Assembly: GCA_047602265.1 (NCBI GenBank)
Contig: JASGHU010000001.1
Location: 3,366,398-3,430,397, forward strand
Direction of reading: 5' to 3'
DNA length: 64,000 bases
From: Spongiibacteraceae bacterium
GTDB taxonomy: Bacteria; Pseudomonadota; Gammaproteobacteria; Pseudomonadales; CAMLJR01
Under the pieces are notes generated by a model. It did not search any database. It was not told the origin of the DNA and was given only the letters and a program-made list of their open reading frames with translations. Both the position numbers and the translations under genes were made by a program. Shown here in pieces: positions 10,651-21,431 of this stretch (the stretch's first letter is position 1; each line of letters begins with the position of its first letter).

Positions 10651-10730
10651 GTAGGGGCGAACCTGCGTGTTCGCCCTGATTTTTGTTTGTGCAATAAACA
10701 AAAAGGGCAGACACATAGGTCTGCCCCTAA
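10651..10730. repeat. REPIN (inverted doublet of GTAG-family REPs)
   Basis: GTAGGGGCGAACCTGCGTGTTCGCCC ... GGGCAGACACATAGGTCTGCCCCTA. Each unit is palindromic and the spacer TTTTGTTT..AAACAAAA is also self-complementary. Confidence 0.82.
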
Positions 10731-10746
10731 ACATCCGAACAATTAA

Positions 10747-11493
10747 TTAACCGAGCTGTTCCATCACCTCAGCGGAGATATCCGCATTGCTGTAAACGTT
10801 CTGCACGTCATCGAGATCCTCGAGCGCATCGATCAAACCGAGCACGGTTTCCGCAGCGTCTTTATCGAGCGGCACTTGCAGCGAAGCCAGCATTGTCACT
10901 TCGGAAGCGACGGGTTTTAGCCCTGCTTTCACCATCGCATCTTTGACTGCACCGACCGTTTCCCAGGGCGTCAACACTTCGATCGAGCCATCGTCATGCG
11001 TAATGACATCATCGGCACCCGCTTCGAGTGCCGCTTCCATCACTTTATCTTCATTCGCGCCCGCTTCGAAAATAATCTGGCCTTTGCGCGTAAACAAATA
11101 AGCGACGGAACCGTCGGTGCCGAGGTTACCGCCACGCTTTGAAAATGCGTGACGAATTTCAGCCACAGTCCGATTGCGATTATCAGTCATTGCTTCGACG
11201 AGTACCGCAACGCCGCCCGGCGCATAACCTTCGTACGTTAATTCTTCGACGTTATCGGCTTCATTGGTGCCGGCGCCGCGTGCAATCGCACGATCGATGG
11301 TATCGCGCGTCATATTCGCACCCAGCGCTTTATCGACGGCGGCGCGCAAACGCGGGTTATCTGCCGGCTCCGGCCCACCCAATTTCGCGGCGATGGTCAG
11401 CTCGCGAATGACCTTGGTGAACACCGCGCTGCGCTTCGAATCTTGTCGCGCCTTGCGATGCTGGATGTTGGCCCACTTACTATGTCCAGCCAT
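10747..11493 (-). CDS. yebC: YebC/PmpR family protein
   Basis: [25 protein letters not shown] and DDVQNVYSN motifs. Confidence 0.96.
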   Translation of the reverse strand: MAGHSKWANIQHRKARQDSKRSAVFTKVIRELTIAAKLGGPEPADNPRLRAAVDKALGANMTRDTIDRAIARGAGTNEADNVEELTYEGYAPGGVAVLVEAMTDNRNRTVAEIRHAFSKRGGNLGTDGSVAYLFTRKGQIIFEAGANEDKVMEAALEAGADDVITHDDGSIEVLTPWETVGAVKDAMVKAGLKPVASEVTMLASLQVPLDKDAAETVLGLIDALEDLDDVQNVYSNADISAEVMEQLG

Positions 11494-11494
11494 T

Positions 11495-13273
11495 TTATGA
11501 CTCCTCGCTCTTGCGCAGGCGAATATTCAATTCGCGCAATTGCGCCGCATCGACCGCGCCCGGTGCGTCGGTCATCAAGCACGCTGCGGTTTGTGTTTTC
11601 GGGAAAGCGATAACGTCGCGAATCGATTTCGCGCCCGTCATCAACATAACCAGACGATCGAGACCGAACGCGAGACCACCGTGCGGTGGCGCACCGAATT
11701 TCAATGCATCCAACAGGAAGCCGAATTTTTCTTCCTGCTCTTCCGCGCCGATACCGAGAATGCGGAAGATCGCTTCCTGCATATCGCGGCTGTGAATACG
11801 GATCGAACCGCCGCCCAATTCAGTGCCGTTCAATACCATGTCGTATGCGTTGGACAGCGCCGCTGCCGGATCTTTTTCAACATCTTCGACCGAACCGAGT
11901 GGCGACGTGAACGGATGGTGACACGCGCTCAGGCGACCATCGTTGTCTTCCTCAAACATCGGAAAATCGACAACCCACAACGGCGCCCACTGATGCGTGT
12001 GCAATTGCAAATCTTCGCCGAGCTTGATGCGCAATGCGCCGAGTGCGTCGGCGACGATTTTTTTCTTGTCGGCGCCGAAGAAAATAATATCGCCATCGAC
12101 GGCTTCGAGACGTTTGAGCAATGCGAACGTCGCTTCTTCGCCGAGAAATTTAATAATCGGCGATTGCAGACCTTCGACACCCTTGGCGATGTCGTTGATC
12201 TTGATCCACGCCAGCCCTTTCGCGCCGTAATTTGAAACGAAGCCGGTGTAATCGTCGATCTGTTTACGCGTGAGCTTCAAACCGCCGCCCGGTACCTTGA
12301 GCGCGGCAACACGGCCTTTCTTGTCGTTGGCAGGACCGCTGAACACTTTGAAATCGACGTTTTTCATCAGGTCACAGACGCTGACGATTTCGAGCGGAAT
12401 ACGCAGGTCGGGCTTATCCGAACCGAAACGTTCCATCGCTTCCGCGTATTTCATGCGCGGGAATACGCCGAGATCGATATCGAGCGTGGTCTTGAACAGA
12501 TCGCGAATCATGCCCTCGGTAATCTGCATGATGTCTTCAGCAGCGAGGAACGAAGTCTCGATATCGATCTGCGTGAATTCGGGCTGACGGTCCGCGCGCA
12601 AATCTTCGTCGCGGAAACATTTCGCGATTTGGTAATAGCGATCGAAACCCGACACCATGAGCAATTGCTTGAACAATTGCGGCGATTGCGGCAGCGCGAA
12701 AAATTTACCGTTGTGCGTGCGGCTCGGCACCAGATAATCGCGCGCACCTTCCGGCGTTGCGCGCGTCAGAATTGGTGTTTCGAGATCGAGGAAGCCCTGC
12801 GCATCGAGATAGCTGCGCAATGTCGAAGTGATGCGCGCGCGCAGCTTCAAACGCTCCTGCATTTCAGGGCGACGCAAATCGAGATAGCGATAACGCAGGC
12901 GGACTTCTTCGCCGACCGAGTGATGCTCGTCGAGCGGGAATGGCGGTGTCGCCGCGGCGTTGTAAATTTCGAGTTGTTTGCCGAGCACTTCAATGGCACC
13001 CGTCGGCATATTCGCATTGACGGTATTGGCCGCACGCGCGCGCACACGTCCGACGATTTTCACCACGTATTCACTGCGCACTTGGTCCGCGCGCTGAAAA
13101 TGCTCGCCCACATCCGGATCGAACACGACTTGCACGATGCCTTCACGGTCGCGCACATCGAGGAAAATAACGCCGCCATGATCGCGACGACGGTCGACCC
13201 AACCGCAAAGGGTGACTTCTTGATCGATGTGGTCATTGCGAAGCGTGCCGCAATAATGGCTGCGTGTAGTCAA
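11495..13273 (-). CDS. aspS: Aspartate--tRNA ligase
   Basis: [34 protein letters not shown] and GAPPHGG motifs. Confidence 0.98.
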   Translation of the reverse strand: MTTRSHYCGTLRNDHIDQEVTLCGWVDRRRDHGGVIFLDVRDREGIVQVVFDPDVGEHFQRADQVRSEYVVKIVGRVRARAANTVNANMPTGAIEVLGKQLEIYNAAATPPFPLDEHHSVGEEVRLRYRYLDLRRPEMQERLKLRARITSTLRSYLDAQGFLDLETPILTRATPEGARDYLVPSRTHNGKFFALPQSPQLFKQLLMVSGFDRYYQIAKCFRDEDLRADRQPEFTQIDIETSFLAAEDIMQITEGMIRDLFKTTLDIDLGVFPRMKYAEAMERFGSDKPDLRIPLEIVSVCDLMKNVDFKVFSGPANDKKGRVAALKVPGGGLKLTRKQIDDYTGFVSNYGAKGLAWIKINDIAKGVEGLQSPIIKFLGEEATFALLKRLEAVDGDIIFFGADKKKIVADALGALRIKLGEDLQLHTHQWAPLWVVDFPMFEEDNDGRLSACHHPFTSPLGSVEDVEKDPAAALSNAYDMVLNGTELGGGSIRIHSRDMQEAIFRILGIGAEEQEEKFGFLLDALKFGAPPHGGLAFGLDRLVMLMTGAKSIRDVIAFPKTQTAACLMTDAPGAVDAAQLRELNIRLRKSEES

Positions 13274-13339
13274 AATAATTTTCCTTTAGCGATCATTCGA
13301 AAGCACCCGGCGCTGTCGCCGGGCTTTGTACAATTTATT

Positions 13340-13627
13340 TCATTCGCTGGCAGTGCAAGCTCCGCTGCCACAGCCCGTTGCAGGACATGCTGCGGGAGCC
13401 GAGTCGGATGACGTCGAGCCGGACTCTGCCACATTCTTTTTACTGCCCGATTTGAAATCGGTTTCGTACCAGCCACCGCCTTTTAAGCGAAAGCCCGCAG
13501 CCGACACCTGCTTTTGCAAAGCATCCGCGCCGCATTTAGGGCACTTTTTCAATGGATCATCACTGAGCTTCTGCAGCGCCTCCAGCTCATGCTGGCAGGC
13601 TTCGCAACGGTATTCATAAATCGGCAT
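13340..13627 (-). CDS. FmdB-family zinc-ribbon protein
   Basis: MPIYEYRCEAC...CPKC...FRLKGGGWYETDF; true start at ATG 13627. Confidence 0.92.
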   Translation of the reverse strand: MPIYEYRCEACQHELEALQKLSDDPLKKCPKCGADALQKQVSAAGFRLKGGGWYETDFKSGSKKNVAESGSTSSDSAPAACPATGCGSGACTASE

Positions 13628-13846
13628 ACAAACCCCCACAAACTCGTTACCAGGCGCCGAAGGCGCGCGATTATACCTGATGCTCTCGGCATCAGTAACC
13701 GGGATAAATGAGGTCAAATAGCCATTAATCAATAGGAGCACAAAGCAAAACAACCCGAACCTGGGCTCTCGCTTCGAGGCCGGCCACTCCGAAAGTACGA
13801 ATTAGGGGGGGAATTGAGAGGGAGCGACGGTACAGCTTTGGGAGGG

Positions 13847-13874
13847 AAAACACCGGAGCGAGATCGCCCCGGTG
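13847..13874 (-). terminator. Intrinsic terminator after the HU-like gene
   Basis: Minus strand CACCGGGGCGA-TC-TCGCTCCGGTG followed by TTTT. Confidence 0.65.
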
Positions 13875-13892
13875 CCAGAACAAGATCGAGGC

Positions 13893-14309
13893 TTACGCTT
13901 CGACGAATTCCTTGAGTTTTTTCAGCGGGCGAACTTTAACTGCAATGCTCGCCGGCTTGGCTTTGAACATCACTTCTTCGCCAGTGAACGGGTTGATGCC
14001 CTTGCGAGCCTTTTTGGCTGGCTTTTTAACGGTGGTGATTTTCAACAGACCCGGCAGCGTGAATTCGCCGAGACCTTTTTTGCCGATACTGCGCGCAACA
14101 AGCGATTCGAGTTCGTCGAACACCGCAGCAACTTGCTTGCGGTTCAGCTCGGTGGCTTCAGCGATAGTGGTCAGTACTTGGCTTTTCGAAAGTTTGGTGG
14201 TGACTGCAGCGGTCGCTTTTTTCGGAGCAGCTACTTTTTTCGCAGCAGCTTTTTTCGGAGCGGCTTTAGCAGCAGCCTTTTTCTTTGGAGCAGCTTTCTT
14301 AGTTGCCAT
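13893..14309 (-). CDS. HU-family DNA-binding protein with Lys/Ala-rich N-terminal extension
   Basis: HU/IHF arm motif ARKGINPFTGE; N-terminus MATKKAAPKKKAAAKAAPKK. Confidence 0.9.
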   Translation of the reverse strand: MATKKAAPKKKAAAKAAPKKAAAKKVAAPKKATAAVTTKLSKSQVLTTIAEATELNRKQVAAVFDELESLVARSIGKKGLGEFTLPGLLKITTVKKPAKKARKGINPFTGEEVMFKAKPASIAVKVRPLKKLKEFVEA

Positions 14310-14568
14310 ATGAGGTTCCTTTGTTTGTTATGACGAAAATCGCATTGAGTAAAAGTCACTACGCAAATTAAATTGCGATGTTTGGAATCACCCCTAACGA
14401 CACCGCCGCAGCGCAGAAAACACTCGTTTTACCGAGCAATTTGCACGCCCCCGCGAATGTCTGCGCATGGTATAGACGAAACAAATCTGCAATACAAGCG
14501 TTTTTTGTGTTTTGGATTAAAAAAGATGCATTTTTCCAGTGTTTTTTGCTTTATCGGTTAAAAACACG

Positions 14569-15762
14569 CTAAAAAGCAGCGGAAATTTGCTCGACGATAT
14601 GCCGCGCTATTGGCATTGCAGATGTTGCAGCTGGCGACGGTGCATTGCAAACATGCAGCGATCGCGCGCTGCGCACAAAGACAAAATCGTGCAGCAAGCG
14701 CCCGTGATTATCGACCGCCTGCGCGCGAATACCCGATGGGTGCGGCGTAAAATCATCGAGCGTTAATCGCGGACAATATTTCTGCGCTTCGCGCAAATAT
14801 GCGATCGGCAGCAGGCTATTGCGTATTTCGCGCAAACCCTGCACCCAATATTGCGGCAGCAAATGCCAGAACCCCGAAAAACTCGCCATATCGAATACAT
14901 CGCGCAAATTGAATTGCGCGTTGCGATAGGCCTCTCGCCCCGGTGCGAGCACGGCGTTCGGCCCAACGGTGATTCCACCATCGATCATGCGCGTGAGATG
15001 AATACCAAGAAACGGCAGCGCCGGATCGGGCAGCGGATAAATATGATGAGTTATCGAAATGGATGACTCGGCATTAAGCCGAAAATATTCGCCGCGAAAT
15101 GGCAGGATACGGAAATCGGCGTGCAACCCTTGCATACGCACAAGCCGATCGGCCATCACGCCCGCGCAGACGATAAGATACTGCGCATGGAAATCGCCGC
15201 CACCGCTAGAAACAACGATTTCCGCTGGCTTTTCCTGCAGCGCCAACACTTCGACACCCATGCGCAACTCACCGCCTGCAGCGACAAACAACTCCAGCAG
15301 CTTCCGGCAAATTTCCGCGTAATTACACATTCCGGTTGCAGGAATGCGCAACGCGCCGAGTCCGGCAATCGACGGCTCGGCTTCGCGCAATCGATCCGCA
15401 CTTAACGCTTCGTATTCGATGCCATTGTCGAGGCAACGCGCTTCAAGCTCGCGCATGCGCTGCATTTCCAATGCATTCGTCGCCACCAATAATTTGCCGC
15501 AGCGCTCGACGGGCAAATCGTGTTCACGACAGAAATCATAAGTAGCGGCGGCGCCCGCCTTGCAAAACCGGGCTTTCAAACTGCCCGGCGTGTAGTAAAC
15601 ACCGGCGTGAATGACCCCGCTGTTACGACCGGTTTGATGCGCGGCGCCAACCGCTTCTTTTTCTAACAATAGAATCGAGCGCCCGGGAAAGTTTTGCTGT
15701 AGTTGCCGTGCAGTCGCGGCACCGACAATACCGCCACCGATAACGATGAAGTCGTAGCGCAT
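14569..15762 (-). CDS. lhgO: L-2-hydroxyglutarate oxidase
   Basis: MRYDFIVIGGGIVG, HQTGRNSGVIHAG, PFLGIHLT and NAPSPAATS motifs; start at ATG 15762. Confidence 0.92.
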   Translation of the reverse strand: MRYDFIVIGGGIVGAATARQLQQNFPGRSILLLEKEAVGAAHQTGRNSGVIHAGVYYTPGSLKARFCKAGAAATYDFCREHDLPVERCGKLLVATNALEMQRMRELEARCLDNGIEYEALSADRLREAEPSIAGLGALRIPATGMCNYAEICRKLLELFVAAGGELRMGVEVLALQEKPAEIVVSSGGGDFHAQYLIVCAGVMADRLVRMQGLHADFRILPFRGEYFRLNAESSISITHHIYPLPDPALPFLGIHLTRMIDGGITVGPNAVLAPGREAYRNAQFNLRDVFDMASFSGFWHLLPQYWVQGLREIRNSLLPIAYLREAQKYCPRLTLDDFTPHPSGIRAQAVDNHGRLLHDFVFVRSARSLHVCNAPSPAATSAMPIARHIVEQISAAF

Positions 15763-15767
15763 CGGTG

Positions 15768-16196
15768 TTAACGAATGGCCGGCTGAAAATCGGGCGATGA
15801 CAGCAGCGCCTCGATCTCGGCAATACGATCGCGTAATACATCGTCGGCATACGGCTGCGCCGGCACCGTTCCCCACACCGGTTTTGGCCAAGCCTTATCC
15901 GTGTTAAACCGCGCGATGATATGCACGTGCAACTGCGGGACGACATTGCCGAGCGCCGCCACATTCATTTTGTCGGCGCGAAAATGCCCCGCCATCGCCG
16001 CGCTGACCTGCGCGATTTCATCGAGCAATTGCTGTTGATCGACGCGGGACAACTCGAACAATTCGATAATTTCCTCGCGGCGCGGCACCAACACCAGCCA
16101 CGGATAATTAGCGTCGTTCAAAAGCAGCACGCGACTCAACGGCAAATCACCGATAGTGATGCAGTCTTTTGCCAATTGGGTATGCAATGCAAACAT
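15768..16196 (-). CDS. HIT domain protein
   Basis: [19 protein letters not shown], a histidine-triad-like motif. Confidence 0.9.
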   Translation of the reverse strand: MFALHTQLAKDCITIGDLPLSRVLLLNDANYPWLVLVPRREEIIELFELSRVDQQQLLDEIAQVSAAMAGHFRADKMNVAALGNVVPQLHVHIIARFNTDKAWPKPVWGTVPAQPYADDVLRDRIAEIEALLSSPDFQPAIR

Positions 16197-16270
16197 GGGT
16201 AGCTTCCTCCGCGACGCGAATCAATCGTAAAATGCGTGCTCATTTTCGATTATTGGAATCCACATCCGCC

Positions 16271-17998
16271 ATGCGCGCAAGTCAATTTCTGCTTTCCACA
16301 CTCAAAGAAACACCCGCCGACGCCGAAGTGATCAGTCATAAACTGATGCTGCGCGCGGGCCTGATCCGTCGCCTTGCGTCAGGTTTGTACACGTGGTTGC
16401 CGCTCGGGTTGCGTGTACTGCGTCGCGTCGAAACCATCGTGCGCGAAGAGATGGATAAATCCGGCGCACAGGAAGTGTTGATGCCGGTCGTGCAGCCGGC
16501 GGAATTGTGGGAGGAATCCGGACGCTGGGTGCAATACGGCCCCGAGCTCGCGCGCCTGAAAGATCGCCACGATCGTCCCTTCTGTCTCGGCCCGACGCAC
16601 GAAGAAGTCATCACCGATCTGATTCGCAACGAAATCAAAAGCTACAAACAATTACCCGCGAATTTTTATCAGATTCAAACCAAATTCCGCGATGAAGTGC
16701 GCCCGCGTTTCGGCGTGATGCGCGCACGTGAATTCGTGATGAAAGATGCGTATTCGTTTCACAACGATCAGGCCTCGCTGCAGGAAACCTACGATGTTAT
16801 GCATCGCACCTACTGCAATATTTTCACGCGCCTCGGTTTGAATTTCCGCCCCGTGCTCGCCGATACCGGTTCGATCGGTGGCACCGGCTCGCATGAATTC
16901 CATGTACTGGCTTCATCGGGCGAAGACGATATCGCGTTTTCCGACAGCAGCGATTTCGCCGCGAACGTGGAAATGGCCGAAGCACTCGCACCGAGCGGCG
17001 CTCGCCCCGCTGCAACCCAATCGATGCAGAAAGTCGCGACACCGAATGCGCACACAATCGACGAAGTCAGCGCATTATTAAAAATCGAAGCAAAGCAAAC
17101 CGTGAAAACACTCGTCGTTTTGGGCGCTGAAGAAGAAGGCAAACCAACACCTCTCGTTGCGCTGGTTTTGCGCGGTGATCATTCGCTCAACGAAATCAAA
17201 GCGGAAAAAATCAGCGGCGTCGGCAAGCCTTTGCAATTTGCGAGCGATGTGCAAATCGAACAAGTCATCGGCTGCAAACCTGGCTCGATCGGCCCGGTCG
17301 GTTTGAAAATCGAAACCATCGTCGATCGCTCGGCGGCCCATCTCGCCGATTTCGTTTGCGGCGCGAATGACGATGGTTATCACCTCACCGGCGTCAATTG
17401 GGAGCGCGATCTGCCGCTTGCGCGCGTCGAAGATATTCGCAACGTCGTCGAAGGCGACCCCAGCCCCGATGGTAGAGGCACATTGCAAATCAAACGCGGC
17501 ATCGAAGTCGGCCACATCTTCCAGCTCGGCACCAAATACTCTCAAGCGATGAACGCGAAAGTATTAAATGAAGAAGGCCGCGAGCAGATCATGATCATGG
17601 GCTGTTACGGCATCGGTGTGAGCCGCGTGGTGGCATCGGCCATCGAGCAGAATCACGACGATAACGGCATCATTTGGCCCGATGCGATCGCACCATTCCA
17701 AATCGCCATCGTGCCACTCAACGCACAGAAATCGGAAAACGTGCGCACACAGTCGGAACAGCTTTATAGCCGCCTGCAGAGCATAGGCTATGCTGTGTTG
17801 CTGGATGACCGCAACGAACGCCCGGGCGTGAAATTCGCGGATATCGATTTGATCGGCATTCCGCATCGCTTTGTCATCGGCGACCGCAGTCTGGCTGAAG
17901 GCAAAATCGAATACAAAAACCGTCGCGAAACGGAAGCGCGTGAAATTGTGTTAAGCGATATCGATGCGTTTTTACAGCAACACATTCCTCTGCGTTAA
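16271..17998 (+). CDS. proS: Proline--tRNA ligase
   Basis: [31 protein letters not shown] and MGCYGIG motifs; contains the INS editing domain. Confidence 0.98.
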   Translation: MRASQFLLSTLKETPADAEVISHKLMLRAGLIRRLASGLYTWLPLGLRVLRRVETIVREEMDKSGAQEVLMPVVQPAELWEESGRWVQYGPELARLKDRHDRPFCLGPTHEEVITDLIRNEIKSYKQLPANFYQIQTKFRDEVRPRFGVMRAREFVMKDAYSFHNDQASLQETYDVMHRTYCNIFTRLGLNFRPVLADTGSIGGTGSHEFHVLASSGEDDIAFSDSSDFAANVEMAEALAPSGARPAATQSMQKVATPNAHTIDEVSALLKIEAKQTVKTLVVLGAEEEGKPTPLVALVLRGDHSLNEIKAEKISGVGKPLQFASDVQIEQVIGCKPGSIGPVGLKIETIVDRSAAHLADFVCGANDDGYHLTGVNWERDLPLARVEDIRNVVEGDPSPDGRGTLQIKRGIEVGHIFQLGTKYSQAMNAKVLNEEGREQIMIMGCYGIGVSRVVASAIEQNHDDNGIIWPDAIAPFQIAIVPLNAQKSENVRTQSEQLYSRLQSIGYAVLLDDRNERPGVKFADIDLIGIPHRFVIGDRSLAEGKIEYKNRRETEAREIVLSDIDAFLQQHIPLR

Positions 17999-18011
17999 AC
18001 CGAGTAGCCTC

Positions 18012-18593
18012 GTGAAGGCATGGGCGATTGCGCTGGCGCTGTGCGTCGGTGCAATCGATGCTAACGCTGCCGGTATGCCGCGCGACGAACAGGAACGCGC
18101 GGAAATGCGCGAATTCCTCAAAGCCGCAATCAACAAATCCGATAGTTTTGCCGATCGTTTCGACGCCGAAGTGTGGCTGCTCGATATGTCGACGCGGCTC
18201 GCCAAATTCATGCCCGACCCCGAAGAGCGCCTGGAATTATTGCGCGCGGTGCATCGCGAAGCGCGTCGTGCGGAATTAAAACCCGATCTCGTTCTCGCGC
18301 TGATTCAGGTGGAAAGCCGTTTCGATCGCTACGCCGTGTCGCGCGCAGGTGCGCAGGGACTCATGCAAGTGATGCCGTTCTGGAAACGCGATATCGGCCA
18401 TCCCGACGACAATCTCACCAACCCCGAAACCAATCTCTGGTACGGCTGCCAGATTCTGAAGTTCTACATGAAAAAGGAAAACGGCAACTGGATGCAGGCG
18501 CTCGCGCGCTACAACGGCAGTTATGGGAAGTTGTGGTATCCGGCGCGAGTGATGGATGCATGGCGCGATCGCTGGTATGCGGGCGATCTATAA
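18012..18593 (+). CDS. Lytic transglycosylase (SLT domain)
   Basis: Signal peptide, QVESRF (catalytic Glu), GAQGLMQVMP and ALARYNG. Start uncertain; the ORF is open from 17964. Confidence 0.9.
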   Translation: MKAWAIALALCVGAIDANAAGMPRDEQERAEMREFLKAAINKSDSFADRFDAEVWLLDMSTRLAKFMPDPEERLELLRAVHREARRAELKPDLVLALIQVESRFDRYAVSRAGAQGLMQVMPFWKRDIGHPDDNLTNPETNLWYGCQILKFYMKKENGNWMQALARYNGSYGKLWYPARVMDAWRDRWYAGDL

Positions 18594-18605
18594 CACACCC
18601 AGTCC

Positions 18606-18971
18606 CTACAACAAACCAAAGTCACGCAATGTGTTTTGCAACTTTTCTTTATCGATCGGCTTGCGAATGAAATCGAGCGCACCGAGCTTAAGCACGCGAT
18701 CGCGCGCGTCGGGCTGAATATCGGCTGAAATCACGATGACGACGGATTTCAAACCTTCCGCTTTGACATGCTCTAAAACCTGATAGCCATCCATCTCCGG
18801 CATGGTGAGATCGAGAAACACCATTTCACCCTTGCCGGCGCGAATCGCCTCAAGACCTTGAACACCGTTTTCGGCGAACGTCACCTCAACATCCCAACCT
18901 TCCGGCAACGCACGCAGCACTTGCTTGCGCGCCATATTGGAGTCATCGCAGATCAGCAACGGAATGGACAT
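18606..18971 (-). CDS. Single-domain response regulator
   Basis: ICDDS, FLDLTMPEMDG, SAD and KP motifs. Confidence 0.92.
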   Translation of the reverse strand: MSIPLLICDDSNMARKQVLRALPEGWDVEVTFAENGVQGLEAIRAGKGEMVFLDLTMPEMDGYQVLEHVKAEGLKSVVIVISADIQPDARDRVLKLGALDFIRKPIDKEKLQNTLRDFGLL

Positions 18972-19115
18972 CAGATATGAACGCTCACGGCCCTGTTTAT
19001 GGACACAAACTCATTATTGGCAAAACTGGATTCAGTATAGAACGCGACTCGCAGTTTGCCTCCCTGACGATGCTTTCATGCGCCCAATTGGCATGAGGCG
19101 GCGCGGAGTCGATAA

Positions 19116-19787
19116 CTACGATGCCGCCACCGCATCGGCAACGAACAGTTCTCCCGACATTCCGTTATCGCGATTCCAACGTTCGAGGATGTTCGCCAGA
19201 TATTGCGCCTGGCCGTGCAGAGCGTGCAATTCCTCGAGCGTTTCGCGCTGGCCGGCAAACACCGGCAGTTTGCGCAGATCGCTCACCAACACATGCTCGG
19301 GCTGATCCATGCGCAGCACTTCGAGGCGCCAGCGAATGCTGTGCACGACCGTCCGGTAAAACAGTAATTTAGTGGAGAGCTTGATCTGCGAGAAATTATC
19401 GATATCGCCGAAGGCTTTGAAATCGCAAGCGAACAGCAATGCCGCACGATCATCCGAGGCCGCGACGGTCGCTTTGCGCTGATGATCACACAGCTGCGCC
19501 AAGTCGCCGAACAGTTCGCCCGGCGTGATCGAGTTGATCGCCTGCGCCGGATCGACCTCATCGCGATAAACGATCAGCTTGCCCTTGATCAGAAAATATA
19601 ACCACGTACCCTTCTGACCGCGACGCATGATGGTCTCACCCGGCGCCAACTCGACCAGACAGGAATACGTCAATAACAATTGCAACTGCGCCTCATCGCG
19701 CAGACGCAGCTCCTTGAAGAATGGAATACGCGTCAACAGCAACGTCAACTCGCTGTTAGGAACCTGTCGAATCTCTTTGATGTGCAT
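19116..19787 (-). CDS. Cyclic-nucleotide-binding domain protein
   Basis: cNMP fold (GETIMRRGQKGTWLYFLIKG, GELFGDLA...RKATV); no obvious Crp HTH. Confidence 0.85.
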   Translation of the reverse strand: MHIKEIRQVPNSELTLLLTRIPFFKELRLRDEAQLQLLLTYSCLVELAPGETIMRRGQKGTWLYFLIKGKLIVYRDEVDPAQAINSITPGELFGDLAQLCDHQRKATVAASDDRAALLFACDFKAFGDIDNFSQIKLSTKLLFYRTVVHSIRWRLEVLRMDQPEHVLVSDLRKLPVFAGQRETLEELHALHGQAQYLANILERWNRDNGMSGELFVADAVAAS

Positions 19788-20070
19788 TTTTTACTTCTTT
19801 ATTAGATGCCGCTCTTTCGCCGAAAGCGGTATTGCGACGCAACGCAATCAAAACCGCTTATGCAAATGTAGCCGCAATTGGAGCCGTTCGTAACCCGGTT
19901 TTACGGATTCCCGTCACAGACTGCAAATTCGCTGAATGAATAATCATGGTCTATCTTTATCGCCCATCAGTTCAAGGGTTTGCATCTGCGCCAAGCCTGT
20001 GGGATGCAGTGTGATTATCGGTCGCATAAGAACGCTAAGCGATCGGGATTGTCAGGGGAACGGCAGTATT

Positions 20071-21309
20071 ATGAAATCGATTAACGCGTATCTGATTAGC
20101 CTCGTACTACTTCTAACATCATCGTTAACGCACGCGCAAAATGGCGATTTGAGCCTGAACGGCATCGCGACCTTCGAGCAATTGCGCAAGGAATACTACA
20201 TCGGCGCGCTCTATCTCGGCTGGCCTGGCCACGATCAGGCGACCATCACCAATATGCCCGGTAAAAAGCGCATGGTGATCCATATCACCGCGGATCGCTG
20301 GCCGGCCTTGCGTTTCGCGCAAATGTGGAACCAGGCGATCACGATCAATAACCCGAGCGCTTTCATCAACGCCAATGCGCTCGATATTCTCGCATTCACC
20401 AGCGTGCCCAAAGGCGATCTGGTCGAAGGCGATAATCTGGTCATCGAACTCGCCACCAACAACACCACCGTGGTCTCGCTGAACGGCGTCACCGCATTGC
20501 GCACCAATAGCCCAGCGCTGTTCACAATGCTGCTCAATGGCTGGATCGGCGCCCGCCCGCCAACCTCCGAATTCAAACGCGATATTCTCGACCTCCCCAA
20601 AGACCAGGCCGCCAAAGATCTGGTGGCACGGTTTGAAGGTGTACGCCCGAATGACGCACGCAAGAAAACCATCGCCGGCTGGGGCTTCAAGGTTGAGTCT
20701 GAGGCCGCTGCTCCGGCTGCTGCCGCAACGGTTGCCACGGTGACTGCGGCCGCAACGCCTGCCCCGACACCGACTCCGACCAAGAAACCGGAACCCGAAG
20801 CGAAGCCTGCGGAAACGCCTAAAGCCGTTGCCGAAACCAAGCCCGCACACGAAACAAAACCGGCCGAAACCAAGCCTGCGGAACCCAAAGTGGCGGAAGC
20901 GAAACCCGTACCGGCACCGACCCCTGTTGTCGTGGCGGAGCCGGCCAAGCCAGTAGCTCCAGCGCAACCCGATCCCGCAGCGCTGGCGGCGAAGGCAGCT
21001 CGCGCCAAGGAACAGGAAGATCTCAACGCCGAGTACACCAAAGTGGTCCGTAACAAGGTGCTGAAAAATATCACCTATCCAAAACGCGCGGAGAAAGACA
21101 ACATCGAAGGCCTGGTCATGGTCCGCATCAAAGTCGGTCGCGATGGCGGTTTGGGCTCCGTAGAGGTAGCGCAATCAGCCGATGATCTGCTCGATGAAGA
21201 AGCGTTGCGCGCAGTTAAAAAGGCAGCTCCTTTCCCGAAAGCACCCGACGCGCTCGAAGGCAACTCGTTTGAATCGATTGTCCCTATCGTCTTCAAGCTC
21301 TCGCAATAA
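20071..21309 (+). CDS. Exported protein: chalcone-isomerase-like domain + Pro/Ala linker + TonB C-terminal domain
   Basis: Signal peptide ending THA; LNG...YIGALYL...WIG..PP resembles the CHI-like fold; C-terminal YPKRAEKDNIEGLVMVRIKV...LDEEALRAV is TonB_C. Confidence 0.8.
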   Translation: MKSINAYLISLVLLLTSSLTHAQNGDLSLNGIATFEQLRKEYYIGALYLGWPGHDQATITNMPGKKRMVIHITADRWPALRFAQMWNQAITINNPSAFINANALDILAFTSVPKGDLVEGDNLVIELATNNTTVVSLNGVTALRTNSPALFTMLLNGWIGARPPTSEFKRDILDLPKDQAAKDLVARFEGVRPNDARKKTIAGWGFKVESEAAAPAAAATVATVTAAATPAPTPTPTKKPEPEAKPAETPKAVAETKPAHETKPAETKPAEPKVAEAKPVPAPTPVVVAEPAKPVAPAQPDPAALAAKAARAKEQEDLNAEYTKVVRNKVLKNITYPKRAEKDNIEGLVMVRIKVGRDGGLGSVEVAQSADDLLDEEALRAVKKAAPFPKAPDALEGNSFESIVPIVFKLSQ

Positions 21310-21424
21310 GTTCGCCGCGCCCGCGATCGTAAAATGCAGCCGCGATCGCAAAACAAAGAAGCAAAAGCAACAAACGTTCCCCACCGCCGCCGGTCAGTTT
21401 CTCCGGCGGCACTTGCACCCCAAA

Positions 21425-21431
21425 CTATACT
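21425..21431 (+). promoter_or_regulatory. CTATACT -10 element (RpoS-type) upstream of the cereblon homolog
   Basis: Exact CTATACT 50 nt before the ATG; no clear -35. Confidence 0.4.

Noticed and set aside
19890-20030. Possible CRP sites between the cNMP and TonB-like genes
   Set aside because: Only half-site matches (TCACA; TGTGA with wrong spacing) are present.
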